Shown piece by piece: positions 1 through 9,881 of a DNA stretch of 64,000 bases; position 1 is the stretch's first letter, and the number at the start of each line of letters is the position of its first letter. Source of the stretch: an uncultured Bacilli bacterium. GTDB taxonomy: Bacteria > Bacillota_I > Bacilli_A > RF39 > UBA660. Both the position numbers and the translations under genes were made by a program. The notes under the pieces are model-generated. The model was not told the DNA's origin. It did no database searches and saw nothing but the letters and a program-made list of their open reading frames with translations. The DNA is taken from contig CAKOSN010000002.1 in the NCBI GenBank assembly GCA_934102255.1, positions 14,088 through 78,087 on the forward strand. Direction: 5' to 3'.

Positions 1-28
1 ATAAATAAATTGTTATGTAGTAGTAAAT

Positions 29-54
29 CTAGTATGTAATAATACTAGTTTTTT
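29..54 (+). terminator. Hairpin plus T-run just upstream of hisS. Possibly the terminator arm of a leader/attenuator; a T-box leader would be typical for hisS, but the rest lies outside the window.
   Basis: CTAGTAT (29-35) pairs with ATACTAG (42-48) around a 6-nt loop, followed by TTTTTT (49-54), 22 nt before the hisS ATG. No T-box core sequence is visible in the 28 nt available upstream. Confidence 0.3.
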
Positions 55-76
55 ACTTTTAGAAAAGAGGATAAAA

Positions 77-1342
77 ATGATACTTAAGCAAAAAGGAACT
101 ATAGATATTTTTGGAGATGAGGCTCTTAGATGGCAATATGTTGAAAGCTTGATAAAAGACTTATGTCAAACTTATAATTATGGCTGGATTAGAACTCCTG
201 TTTTTGAGGCAACAGAGTTATTCCACCGTGGTGTTGGCGAAACAACCGATATTGTTACTAAAGAAACTTATGATTTTAAGGATAGAGGCGACAGAAATGT
301 TACTTTAAGACCAGAAGGAACTGCTGGAGTAGTTAGAAGCTATATAGAAAATAAAATGTATGGTAGTGCTACTCAACCAGTTAAATTCTTCTATCTAGAA
401 CCAATGTATCGTTATGAAAGACCACAAAGTGGTAGATTAAGAGAATTTAGTCAATTTGGCTGTGAGGTAATTGGCTGCGATGATGCTTATATCGATGCCG
501 AAATTATTTCTATACCTGTTAATCTTTTTAAAACTTTAGGACTTCGTAATGTTAAAGTAGAGCTTAACTCCCTAGGAGATAAAGAATCACGTGAGAATTA
601 TCGTGAAGCTTTAATTAATTATTTAAGACCACATATTGATGAATTATGTGAAGATTGCAAAGTTAGATTAGAAAAGAATCCATTAAGAATTTTAGATTGT
701 AAAATTGACGGAGATAATGAAATCATTAAGAATGCTCCTAAGACAATCGATTATTTGACGGATGATGCTAAAAAAAGATTTGAAGCTGTTAAACATTATT
801 TAGAGGTAATGGATATCGATTTTGAAGTAAATCCCAAAATAGTTAGAGGTCTTGATTATTATAATCATACAGTATTTGAAATAATGGCTGATATTGATTC
901 TATGGGTAGTCAAAGTACACTAGCTGCCGGTGGTAGATATAACGGTATGATTGAAACTTTAGGTGGTCCAAGTACTCCTGCTATTGGTTTTGCTTGTGGT
1001 CTTGATAGACTTATGCTTGCTCTTATTAAAGAAGATATTGAATTACCAGTTAAAAATTGGATAGATGCTTATATTATGTATGTATCAGATACGGAAAAAG
1101 ATTTTGCTGTTAATATTTGTCAAACCTTAAGATTAAGCGGTTTTGATGTTGAAATGGAAAATATGGGAAGAAGTTTGAAGGCTCAATTTAAACAAGCTGA
1201 CCGTTTAAATTCTAAATTTTTAATTATTTTAAATGACGAGGATATAAAAAATAAAACAATTAAAATTAAAGATAATGTAACTAAAGATGAAGTTACTATT
1301 AATGAAGATGAATTAGTTGATTATATAAATATGAATATGTAG
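77..1342 (+). CDS. hisS: Histidine--tRNA ligase
   Basis: 421-aa ORF with class II HisRS motifs (RPEGTAGVVR, AAGGRYNGM, GFACGLDRL) and a C-terminal anticodon-binding region. SD-like AAAGAGG lies upstream. Confidence 0.95.
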   Translation: MILKQKGTIDIFGDEALRWQYVESLIKDLCQTYNYGWIRTPVFEATELFHRGVGETTDIVTKETYDFKDRGDRNVTLRPEGTAGVVRSYIENKMYGSATQPVKFFYLEPMYRYERPQSGRLREFSQFGCEVIGCDDAYIDAEIISIPVNLFKTLGLRNVKVELNSLGDKESRENYREALINYLRPHIDELCEDCKVRLEKNPLRILDCKIDGDNEIIKNAPKTIDYLTDDAKKRFEAVKHYLEVMDIDFEVNPKIVRGLDYYNHTVFEIMADIDSMGSQSTLAAGGRYNGMIETLGGPSTPAIGFACGLDRLMLALIKEDIELPVKNWIDAYIMYVSDTEKDFAVNICQTLRLSGFDVEMENMGRSLKAQFKQADRLNSKFLIILNDEDIKNKTIKIKDNVTKDEVTINEDELVDYINMNM

Positions 1343-1351
1343 GAGATAAAT

Positions 1352-1657
1352 ATGATACATTTTACAAAAGAAATGGTTGATAGTTATGCTGATAAATTAC
1401 TTATTGGCTTAACAGAAGAAGAAAATAAAATGGTTTTAGATGAATTTGCTGAGATTGACCGTAATATTAATATTATCAATGCTATTCCTAATATTAAAGA
1501 TGTTGAACCTATGAGTTATTGTCTTGATAATATGGAATGCCATTTAAATGACGATGAAGCTGAGGCTACAGTACCTATTGAAGAATTATTAAGAAATAGT
1601 GGTAAGACTGTTGGTCGTGAAGTTGAAGTAGTAAAGGTAGTTGGTGAAAATGCATAA
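1352..1657 (+). CDS. gatC: Asp/Glu-tRNA(Asn/Gln) amidotransferase subunit C
   Basis: 101-aa ORF directly preceding and overlapping gatA. Size, position and acidic C-terminal half are typical of GatC. Confidence 0.88.
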   Translation: MIHFTKEMVDSYADKLLIGLTEEENKMVLDEFAEIDRNINIINAIPNIKDVEPMSYCLDNMECHLNDDEAEATVPIEELLRNSGKTVGREVEVVKVVGENA

Positions 1658-3107
1658 CGAATTAGATATTGAAAAATTACATGAAATGCTAAAAAGTGGA
1701 GAAATTACTTCTGAAGAATTAGTAAAAGAATCTTTACAAAAGTCAAAAGAAATTGAAGAAAAATGTAATGCTTTTGCTCTTATTTTAGATGATGCAAAGG
1801 GTAGTCGTGTAACGGATAATTTACTTAGTGGTATTCCTTATGGTATTAAAGATAATTATTCGACTAAGGATATTGAATCTTGTGCATCAAGTAACACTTT
1901 AACTGGCTATGTTCCTTTCTTTGATGCAACTGTTATTGCCAAATTAAAGAGTGCAGGAGCCGTTGCTACTAATAAAACCGCTATGGATGAATTCGGTATG
2001 GGCGGTACCGGTACTACTGCTAAAACGGGAGTTATTAGAAATCCATGGGATACCAGAAGAATGTGTGCTGGTTCTTCAAGTGGTTCAGCTGCTGCTGTTG
2101 CCGCTGGAGTATATCCTTATGCTTTAGGAAGTGATACCGGAGATTCTATTCGTAAACCAGCAGCTTATTGTGGGATAGTTGGTTATAAACCTACTTATGG
2201 CATGATTTCTCGTTATGGTTTATTTCCTTTCGCATCAAGCTTAGACCATTGTGGAGTTCTAACTCGTAACGTTACTGATGCAGCGATTGTAACAGATGTA
2301 ATTAAGGGCCAAGATGAGAAAGATATGACCTCTTGGGATAGCAGTAAGATTAATTTATATGCTAATTTAAAAGATGATTTAAAATCTCGAAAATTATGCT
2401 ATGTTAAAGAAATTGTTTCTTTAGATAATTATGAGAATCCAAGTGAAGAATTAAAAAGTCATTTAAATAATTTTATGAATGTTATTAATAATCTAAAGAA
2501 GGATGGCGTTGAAATCGAAGAAGTTAGCGTTGATAAGACTTTACTTGATGCGGTTGCTTCTTGCTATGTAGTAATTTCTTGTGCTGAGGCTACATCTAAT
2601 ATGTCAAATTTAACCGGCATTAACTTTGGACCTAGAGGAAATGCTAATAATATCTATGAAGCAATGAAAGACCACCGTACAAAAGGTTTCTCACCATTAA
2701 TTAAGAGAAGATTTGTTATAGGTTCTTATGTTTTACAAAGAGAAAACCAAGATAAATATTTCAATAATGCTAAACGTGTTAGAAGATTAATCGTTAATAA
2801 ATGGAAAGAATTGTTTAAAGATTATGATGCTGTTATTTTACCGGTTGGTAGCGGTCCAGCTCCATTCTTAGAAAAATCCAAAAATACTTTAGCTGGTGGT
2901 TCTAAAATTTTAGAAGAACATTTACAAATTGGTAACTTTGGCGGGTTCCCTTCAATTACTATTCCTGACGGTTTTGTAAATGGCTTACCAGTTGGTTTAA
3001 ATATTACTGGAAATTGTTATGAGGACCAAACGGTTTTAAATATTGCTTATGGTATTGAAAAAACAATGGATTATAAGAATCAAATAGCTAAGGAGGTTAA
3101 CCTATGA
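1650..3107 (+). CDS. gatA: Asp/Glu-tRNA(Asn/Gln) amidotransferase subunit A
   Basis: Amidase signature (GSSSGSAAAVAAG, GSDTGDSIRKPA). The ATG at 1650 overlaps the gatC stop (ATGCATAA). The track start at 1641 is a TTG inside gatC. Confidence 0.93.
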   Translation: MHNELDIEKLHEMLKSGEITSEELVKESLQKSKEIEEKCNAFALILDDAKGSRVTDNLLSGIPYGIKDNYSTKDIESCASSNTLTGYVPFFDATVIAKLKSAGAVATNKTAMDEFGMGGTGTTAKTGVIRNPWDTRRMCAGSSSGSAAAVAAGVYPYALGSDTGDSIRKPAAYCGIVGYKPTYGMISRYGLFPFASSLDHCGVLTRNVTDAAIVTDVIKGQDEKDMTSWDSSKINLYANLKDDLKSRKLCYVKEIVSLDNYENPSEELKSHLNNFMNVINNLKKDGVEIEEVSVDKTLLDAVASCYVVISCAEATSNMSNLTGINFGPRGNANNIYEAMKDHRTKGFSPLIKRRFVIGSYVLQRENQDKYFNNAKRVRRLIVNKWKELFKDYDAVILPVGSGPAPFLEKSKNTLAGGSKILEEHLQIGNFGGFPSITIPDGFVNGLPVGLNITGNCYEDQTVLNIAYGIEKTMDYKNQIAKEVNL

Positions 3108-4534
3108 GTAACGAATTACAACTAGTTGTTGGTATTGAAATGCACTGCGAGTTAAAGAGTAACGCCAAGGCATTTTCTAAAGGTATCAATGGTTTTAGTG
3201 ATACTGCTAATGTTTATGTATCACCAGTTGATATGGCATTTCCTGGTACTTTACCAATCGTTAATAAAAAATGTGTTGGTCATGCTATTAAAATGGCCCA
3301 TATTCTAAATTGTCAAATAGCCGATGTTATGCAATTTGACCGTAAAAACTATTATTATCCTGATTTACCTAAAGGTTACCAAATTACACAGTGTACTAAC
3401 CCAGTAGGAGTAAATGGCAAGTTAGAAATACCGGTTGATGATAAAACTTTAGAGGTTTTGATACATGATATTCACCTAGAAGAAGATTCAGCAAGTCTAG
3501 ACCACTTTGCTAAAATGACAACTATTGATTATAACCGTGCCGGCGTACCATTATTAGAAATCGTTACAGAACCATGCTTTAGTTCAACTAAGGAAGTAAT
3601 TGCTTTTCTAGAATATATTCGTGATTGCTATCGCTATTGTGATATTTCTGATGCTGATACTAAAAAAGGTCAGATTAGATGCGATGTTAATATTAACTTA
3701 AAACAAGGTGGCAAATATGTTACACCAAGGGTAGAAGTTAAAAACGTTAATGGTTTTCAAAATATCGAAAATGCTATTAAATATGAAGAAGAAAGACAAA
3801 AAGAAGCTTACTTAAATAATAGAGCAAATGAATTAGTTCAGGAAACAAGAAGATTTGATGAAGATACTAATACAACAATTAGTATGCGTACTAAAGAAGA
3901 TGCTATCGATTATAAATACTTCTTAGACCCTAATATTCCGCCATATAAGTTAGAAAAAGCATGGATTGATGAATTAATTAAAGAAATTCCAACATTACCT
4001 TTTGAACGTAAAAAACATTATATGAATGATTTAGGACTTAACGATTATGATGCTAGTATCTTAATTAAAGATAAAAATATTGCAGATTACTTTGAAAAAT
4101 GTGTTATAATAGGTATAGATTCTAAGGTAGCTGCTAACTGGATAACTGTTAATATTGTTACAGAACTAAATAAGACTGGCAATAGTATTAATGACTTTTA
4201 TATTACACCAGAAATGTTAAAACAAATAACTGATGCAATTAAAAGTAGTACTTTATCTAGTAAACAGGCTAAAGAAGTATTTGCTAAGACCTTAGAAAGT
4301 AAAAAAGAGCCAAAAGAATTTATTTCTAAAGATAATGCACAGATTTCTGATGAAGAAACATTAAGAACAATGATTAAAGAAATAATTGCTAATAATAAAG
4401 AACAACAAGAAGCATACTTAAATGGACGTAGTAATTTATTTGATTATTTTGTTGGCCAAGTAATGAAGCAAACTAGAGGAAAAGCCAATCCAGTATTAAC
4501 AAAACAAATCTTAAAAGAAGAGTTAGAAAAATAA
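3104..4534 (+). CDS. gatB: Asp/Glu-tRNA(Asn/Gln) amidotransferase subunit B
   Basis: ATGA overlap with gatA. GatB N-terminal pattern (GIEMHCEL, PGTLP, DxHLEEDS) and a YqeY-like C-terminal tail. Confidence 0.95.
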   Translation: MSNELQLVVGIEMHCELKSNAKAFSKGINGFSDTANVYVSPVDMAFPGTLPIVNKKCVGHAIKMAHILNCQIADVMQFDRKNYYYPDLPKGYQITQCTNPVGVNGKLEIPVDDKTLEVLIHDIHLEEDSASLDHFAKMTTIDYNRAGVPLLEIVTEPCFSSTKEVIAFLEYIRDCYRYCDISDADTKKGQIRCDVNINLKQGGKYVTPRVEVKNVNGFQNIENAIKYEEERQKEAYLNNRANELVQETRRFDEDTNTTISMRTKEDAIDYKYFLDPNIPPYKLEKAWIDELIKEIPTLPFERKKHYMNDLGLNDYDASILIKDKNIADYFEKCVIIGIDSKVAANWITVNIVTELNKTGNSINDFYITPEMLKQITDAIKSSTLSSKQAKEVFAKTLESKKEPKEFISKDNAQISDEETLRTMIKEIIANNKEQQEAYLNGRSNLFDYFVGQVMKQTRGKANPVLTKQILKEELEK

Positions 4535-4596
4535 ACAAAATTGTGTATTAAAGAATAAATTATGGGTATAAGAAAATTAAGACTAGGAGGTCTTTA

Positions 4597-5409
4597 ATGA
4601 AGAAGAAAGTAATGTATTTAAGTCTACTTACAATGGTAGTTTTAAGTATAATTATAATCCCAATTAATATAAAGTTTAAAAAGGCAAAAGTTTATGAAAG
4701 CATTGTAGTAGTACCTGATATTGATTCTTATAAAACATTAACTTTAGAAGATATTGCTACTAATCAAATTAATGAAAGTGTTGCTAAAAAGAAAACTACT
4801 TATGAATTTTATGCTAGTATGTTTGGCATTGATTACGATACGTTAATTAATGAAATACGTAATAATAATAAAACATCTTTTAATGAATTAGATTTACTTC
4901 AAACAGGTAGTAATAAAGCTTCTTTTGATGCTTCGCTATTAGAATTTGTTACTAATTTAGAAAGTCAAAAAAGTGAATTATTTAAAAGAGATTACGTCTA
5001 TAAAAACTGCAGTAAAGATTATATTTACAATTTAATTGAGTATTTTGTATCTTTAAATCCAAGCGTTGATGTTCAAACAGCAAAAGCTATTACCTGGATA
5101 GAAACGGGCAATTTAGCAGCTCAAAGTATGTTAAATAAAAATAATATCTTTGGTGGCATGAGTAATGGACGCTTAACTAGCTATCCTTCAATCGAATATG
5201 GTGTTTATAAATATATTAGTCTTTTAAGAAGTAGTTATTTCGACCAAGGCTTACGCACTGTTGAACAAATTGGTTATAAATATAATCCAACCGTTGTAGA
5301 CGGTATTAAAATGGCTAATCCAACTTGGGTTAGTAATGTTAATGCTTATCGTAATAAATTTAGTAGTAGTGTTACTATTGACACAGTAGAAAAGTTATTA
5401 AATATGTAA
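4597..5409 (+). CDS. Membrane-anchored glucosaminidase-domain (GH73/FlgJ-like) protein
   Basis: N-terminal TM helix. The C-terminal region WIETGNLAAQSMLNKNNIFGGM...SYPSIEYGVYKYISLL resembles the N-acetylglucosaminidase domain motif (E-[ST]-G ... NN-FG). Strong SD (TAGGAGG). Confidence 0.55.
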   Translation: MKKKVMYLSLLTMVVLSIIIIPINIKFKKAKVYESIVVVPDIDSYKTLTLEDIATNQINESVAKKKTTYEFYASMFGIDYDTLINEIRNNNKTSFNELDLLQTGSNKASFDASLLEFVTNLESQKSELFKRDYVYKNCSKDYIYNLIEYFVSLNPSVDVQTAKAITWIETGNLAAQSMLNKNNIFGGMSNGRLTSYPSIEYGVYKYISLLRSSYFDQGLRTVEQIGYKYNPTVVDGIKMANPTWVSNVNAYRNKFSSSVTIDTVEKLLNM

Positions 5410-5497
5410 AAAGGTTGCTGAAAGAGTAATCTTTTTTTGTTTGGCTAGAAAACATCAAGGAAGTTTTGCTTAATTTAGGAAAACTTGTAAAAAATAT

Positions 5498-5525
5498 TTA
5501 ACTTTTTTAAGCAAAATGGTATAAT
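5498..5525 (+). promoter_or_regulatory. Sigma-A-type promoter for the HerA-like gene
   Basis: TTAACT (5498-5503), 16-nt spacer, then an extended -10 TGgTATAAT (5517-5525), about 28 nt upstream of the ATG at 5554. Confidence 0.45.
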
Positions 5526-5553
5526 TTATCTATAAGAATAGAGGAGAATTAAG

Positions 5554-7317
5554 ATGTTTGGAAAAATTAAATATATAACTGAAGGCGAAGCTCATGTTGA
5601 GTCTTTAGTACAACCTGGTCAAGATGTTGACTTAATGAATAATAACGTCGTTTTTGAAGCTGCAAATCAACGAATTTTAGGTGAAGTTGAAGAAGTAAAT
5701 AATGATGTTATTAAAATAAGATTTCTAGGAGAATTTATTGGTGATAAGTATGTTAGTGGTGTTATTAGAAAACCAGTATTATCATCAAACATTAGACAAA
5801 TTAATGATGAAGAATTAAAAAGTTTAATGGGTTCTTATAGTGATAAAACTTTTATATTAGGACAGTCTGCTATTTATAAAGGACATACTGTTTACGTTGA
5901 TATTAATGATTTATTATCAAATCACATGGCCATATTTGGTAACTCTGGTTCAGGTAAATCTTGTGGCGTTTCAAGAATGGTTCAAAACTTGTTTTCTAAC
6001 CCCGATTTTATAGCTTACAATGCTAATATTTTCATTTTTGATGCTTATGGTGAATATAAAACGGCCTTTTCAAAGTTAAATGAATTAAACCCTAATTATA
6101 GTTATAAATTTATTACGACTAATCCTACAGACCCAACTGACCAAAGATTAGCATTACCAGTTCATTTATTAACTTTAGATGATATGACTTTACTTTTACA
6201 GGTATCAAGCCACACTCAGATTCCTATTATTGAAAGAGCTTTAAAACTTGCTAAAGTCTTTGCTGATGTTTCTGATGAATCAACCATGTATAAAAATCAT
6301 TTAATTGCTAAAGCTTTACTGGCTATTTTGTTTAGTAATGAAACTACTAAAGAAAAGAAAAACGAAGTATTTCAAGTTATTCAGGTATGTCATACTAACG
6401 AATTTAATTTTGATACTGATATTCCTGGAGTAGGTTATACAAGAAAATTTAGTGATTGCTTTGAAATAGATTCTCATGGTAATTTTGGTGAATCAGTATT
6501 AATTAATGAATATATCTTAAAGTTTATTAATGATGATTTAGAAGGACGTATAATAACTAAGCCTGTATATTATACTTTAAAAGATTTTGCTAGTGCTTTA
6601 GAGTTTACTTTAATTAGTGAAGGTTTCTTACATAATGAAGCTATTAGAGATGATGCTAGTATCTTGAAGGTAAGATTAAATTCTATTTTAAATAGTAATG
6701 TTGGTTCATATTTTAACTATCCAAATTATATTACTTTAGAACAATATATAGCCTCTTTAGTAGCTACTCCTAATCGTAAAAAAGCCCAAATTATTAATAT
6801 TAACTTAGAAGATATGGATGATACTTATGCTAAAGTTATCGTTAAGATTTATGCTCGTATGTTCTTTGAGTTTGCTAAATCACGTACACAAAGAGCTAGT
6901 ATACCTTTCCATTTATTCTTAGAAGAAGCTCACCGCTATGTTTCTAAAGATGCTGATACTTTCCTTTTAGGTTATAACATATTTGAACGTATTGCTAAAG
7001 AAGGTCGTAAATATGGAGTCTTACTTAATATTATTTCTCAGCGTCCAGTTGAAATCAGTGATACTGTTATTTCCCAATGTAGTAATTTCTTGATATTTAA
7101 AATGACTCACCCTAAGGATATTGAGTATATTAGAACAATGCTACCTAATATTAGTCAAGATGTTATTGAAAAACAAAAAGTTTTACAACCAGGTAACTGT
7201 GTAGGGTTTGGTGGTGCATTTAAGTTGCCAATGATTATTAAATTAGAAATGCCAAATCCAATGCCATATTCAACTAACTGTAATGTTAATGAAAGATGGA
7301 AAATTCATGCTAACTAA
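5554..7317 (+). CDS. HerA/DUF87-family P-loop ATPase (FtsK-HerA superfamily)
   Basis: 587 aa. Walker A is FGNSGSGKS and the Walker B-like motif is HLFLEEAHRY. A C-terminal QRP...S motif (NIISQRPVEISDTV) is typical of HerA-like ATPases. The N-terminal region looks like a small beta-barrel. Confidence 0.7.
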   Translation: MFGKIKYITEGEAHVESLVQPGQDVDLMNNNVVFEAANQRILGEVEEVNNDVIKIRFLGEFIGDKYVSGVIRKPVLSSNIRQINDEELKSLMGSYSDKTFILGQSAIYKGHTVYVDINDLLSNHMAIFGNSGSGKSCGVSRMVQNLFSNPDFIAYNANIFIFDAYGEYKTAFSKLNELNPNYSYKFITTNPTDPTDQRLALPVHLLTLDDMTLLLQVSSHTQIPIIERALKLAKVFADVSDESTMYKNHLIAKALLAILFSNETTKEKKNEVFQVIQVCHTNEFNFDTDIPGVGYTRKFSDCFEIDSHGNFGESVLINEYILKFINDDLEGRIITKPVYYTLKDFASALEFTLISEGFLHNEAIRDDASILKVRLNSILNSNVGSYFNYPNYITLEQYIASLVATPNRKKAQIININLEDMDDTYAKVIVKIYARMFFEFAKSRTQRASIPFHLFLEEAHRYVSKDADTFLLGYNIFERIAKEGRKYGVLLNIISQRPVEISDTVISQCSNFLIFKMTHPKDIEYIRTMLPNISQDVIEKQKVLQPGNCVGFGGAFKLPMIIKLEMPNPMPYSTNCNVNERWKIHAN

Positions 7318-7391
7318 GGTTAATTAAGTTGCAAATTTTAGCTAAAATAGTGGAAAAAATGTAATATTTTAGGAACTTTTAGCAAAAGGAC

Positions 7392-7420
7392 TTGCTTATA
7401 AAAGTATGATATGATAAACT
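7392..7420 (+). promoter_or_regulatory. Promoter for the downstream structured RNA
   Basis: TTGCTT (7392-7397), 17-nt spacer, then TGaTAAACT extended -10 (7412-7420). No ORF follows. Confidence 0.45.
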
Positions 7421-7426
7421 TAAATT

Positions 7427-7601
7427 ACCAAAGGAAAATTGGTTTATTTACATAAAACCGAGTAAGTGATTATACGGGAATCTAATTAGACTGTGGTGTT
7501 GAAGACTAAGACATTTGTACTTAGAATCCTAAAGCAGTTTATGTGTATACCCACCTGCGATAAGCGGGCTTTTATCACAATAGACCAATCCTTTGGTTTT
7601 T
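7427..7601 (+). ncRNA. ssrS: Candidate 6S RNA (rod-like ~175-nt RNA)
   Basis: The ends pair: CCAAAGGA...TTGGT (7429-7444) with ACCAA-TCCTTTGG (7584-7596). Further internal pairings (TTATT/AATAG, ATAAAACCG/CGGGCTTTTAT, CTAAG/CTTAG apical) give an interrupted long helix. It has its own promoter, a U-run at the 3' end and no ORF. It sits just upstream of tcdA (yrvM) and near rarA, where I recall B. subtilis bsrA (6S-1) being located. Confidence 0.5.
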
Positions 7602-7687
7602 ATATGTCATAAATTGTTTTTTTAGATTAAAAAGAGAAAAACAGTATTTATAAATACCTATAGATTTAGGATAAAGGTGAATGTTTA

Positions 7688-8374
7688 ATGGAACAATATG
7701 CAAGAATATTAAAACTTATTAAGGAAGACCAATTAAAAAAACTTCAAAATAAAAATATTATTATTGTAGGAGTTGGTGGCGTAGGTGGTTTTGCTTTAGA
7801 AGCTTTAACGAGATTTGGAATTAAAAATATTACCATAATTGATAATGATACCGTTGATATTAGTAATTTAAATAGACAAATAATTAGTAATCATGAGGTA
7901 CTAAATCAAAATAAAACGGATGTGGCTTTAAAAAGAATGCTAAGTATTAATCCGTCTGGTAATTTTAAAGGCTATAATGTATTTTTAAATCAAGATAATT
8001 TGGAAGAATATATTAGCAAAGATACAGATTATATTTTAGATTGTTGTGATACAGTTACAACTAAAATGAGTTTAATAAAATATGCTAAAGAAAATAAAAT
8101 ACCTATTATTTGTGCAATGGGAACCGGTAATAGACTTGATGCAACTAAATTAGTAGTAACTGATATATATAAGACTAATAATGACCCTTTAGCTAAAATT
8201 ATGCGCAAATTATGTAAGGATAATAGAATAAAGAAGTTAGATGTTGTAACAAGCTATGAACTTCCAATTAAGACTCATGATAGAACTCCTGGTTCGACAC
8301 CTTTTGTTCCTAGTGTAGCTGGTCTTTATATGGCAAATTTTATAGTAAATAAGTGGTTAAAAGAAATAAATTAG
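7688..8374 (+). CDS. tcdA: tRNA threonylcarbamoyladenosine dehydratase (ThiF/MoeB-family, YrvM-like)
   Basis: 228 aa. Rossmann motif VGVGGVGG followed by DxDxVxxSNLNRQ. Size and synteny next to rarA fit TcdA. Confidence 0.78.
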   Translation: MEQYARILKLIKEDQLKKLQNKNIIIVGVGGVGGFALEALTRFGIKNITIIDNDTVDISNLNRQIISNHEVLNQNKTDVALKRMLSINPSGNFKGYNVFLNQDNLEEYISKDTDYILDCCDTVTTKMSLIKYAKENKIPIICAMGTGNRLDATKLVVTDIYKTNNDPLAKIMRKLCKDNRIKKLDVVTSYELPIKTHDRTPGSTPFVPSVAGLYMANFIVNKWLKEIN

Positions 8375-8390
8375 ACCAAATAAAAAGAAA

Positions 8391-9599
8391 TTAATGTTTA
8401 ATATTAGTTTCTTTTTTCATTTCTTGATTACCTAAATTAAGAGAGTCTTCATATTTACTACGACGAGGGTAATAATATTTTTTATTTTTAACATTATCGG
8501 GTAGATATTGTTGTTTTACCCAGTATTTAGGGTAATCATGAGGATATTTATAGTTAGGGGAACTAGTTTTAATATGTTCAGGAACTTCGCCAGTAGAGCC
8601 ACTTCTGATGTCATTTAAAGCATTATCGATAGCGGTCTTGCTAGAATTACTTTTTGGCGATAGAGCCATTTCTAAAACAACTTGGGCAAGGGGAATTCTA
8701 GCTTCGGGTAAACCTAGGATTTCTGAGGCATGAATAGCAGCCATTACCTTAGGACCAATGGAAGGATTAGCAAGACCAATGTCTTCATAAGCAATAACAC
8801 TCATTCTTCGATAAATAATATCTAAATCTTCGGCTTCAATTAAACGGCCTAAATAATATATAGCCGCATCGGCATCACTACCGCGTATTGATTTTTGAAA
8901 AGCCGAAATTATATCAAAATGTCCGTCATCATCTTTATCAAAAAATACAGAAGGCTTAGAGCTAATAGCCTTTATAGAATCTAAAGTAATATTCTTATCT
9001 AAAACAGTCATATTAGCAACATCAAGTAAGTTAATAGCATTCCTAACATCGCCACTACTTAATTTAGCAATAGCCTTATAAGCTTCATCAGATACTGTTA
9101 ATCCTTCCCCAGCACTGACACGTTTTAAACAAGTAATAATATCATCAAACTCTAAAGGTTTAAGTTCAAAAATTTGACATCTACTTCTTATAGCGGGATT
9201 TATTTTGTGATAAGGATTACTTGTTGTAAGACCAATTAATATAATTAAACCAGATTCAACATAAGGAAGCAAAATATCTTGCTTATCTTTATTCATACGA
9301 TGAATTTCATCTACTACTAATATTAAATCTTTATACATTTTAGCTTCTTCAATAGCAATAATAAAGTCTTCTTTCTTAGAAGAAGTAGCATTTAAAAACT
9401 TATACTTTTTATTATAAGAATTAACGATAGCATAGGCAATAGATGTTTTACCAATACCAGGTTTACCATATAAAATCATTGAAAATATTTTTTGATTTTT
9501 AACCATATTTGATAAAATTTTATTATCTCCAATTAAGTGTTTTTGACCAACAACTTCTTCTAAGCATTTAGGTCGATATTTATTTGCTAATGTTTCCAT
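8391..9599 (-). CDS. rarA: Replication-associated recombination protein A (AAA+)
   Basis: 402 aa. RPxxLxExVGQxHL, Walker A GKPGIGKTS, Walker B VVDEIHR, and a MgsA C-terminal domain (SIRGSDADAAIYYLGRL). Confidence 0.92.
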   Translation of the reverse strand: METLANKYRPKCLEEVVGQKHLIGDNKILSNMVKNQKIFSMILYGKPGIGKTSIAYAIVNSYNKKYKFLNATSSKKEDFIIAIEEAKMYKDLILVVDEIHRMNKDKQDILLPYVESGLIILIGLTTSNPYHKINPAIRSRCQIFELKPLEFDDIITCLKRVSAGEGLTVSDEAYKAIAKLSSGDVRNAINLLDVANMTVLDKNITLDSIKAISSKPSVFFDKDDDGHFDIISAFQKSIRGSDADAAIYYLGRLIEAEDLDIIYRRMSVIAYEDIGLANPSIGPKVMAAIHASEILGLPEARIPLAQVVLEMALSPKSNSSKTAIDNALNDIRSGSTGEVPEHIKTSSPNYKYPHDYPKYWVKQQYLPDNVKNKKYYYPRRSKYEDSLNLGNQEMKKETNIKH

Positions 9600-9881
9600 A
9601 TATAATTATAATTACTAATTTTATATAGTAATTCCTTTCTTTTGATAGTCTATATTATTATAACATACAGTTGTAATTTTATTAGGTTAATTTTATAATT
9701 AAAAGAGAGATAATAATCATTTTGACTATTTAAAGGATAATGAAAAAATAACAGCTAATATTATAGAAAATATAGGAAAGAATATAATAATTATTTTTAG
9801 TTAATATTTTAGACAATAATTGGTGTTAGAAATTTATATAGTAAAAACAAGGATTCTTAATAAAAGAAAGGAAAGTATAAT

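Noticed and set aside
3100-3110. Possibility of Mollicutes-type genetic code (TGA = Trp), given the very low GC content
   Set aside because: gatA terminates at a TGA that overlaps the gatB ATG (ATGA). Long ORFs are intact under the standard code, with TGG used for conserved Trp positions.
7427-7601. Structured RNA as an SRP RNA, T-box or riboswitch
   Set aside because: It has no SRP domain IV motif (GGAA tetraloop with the AGCA / GNAR context). It has no T-box core. It also has its own terminator-like U-run well before tcdA, rather than an expression platform abutting the start codon. The rod-like fold fits 6S better, although this is unverified.
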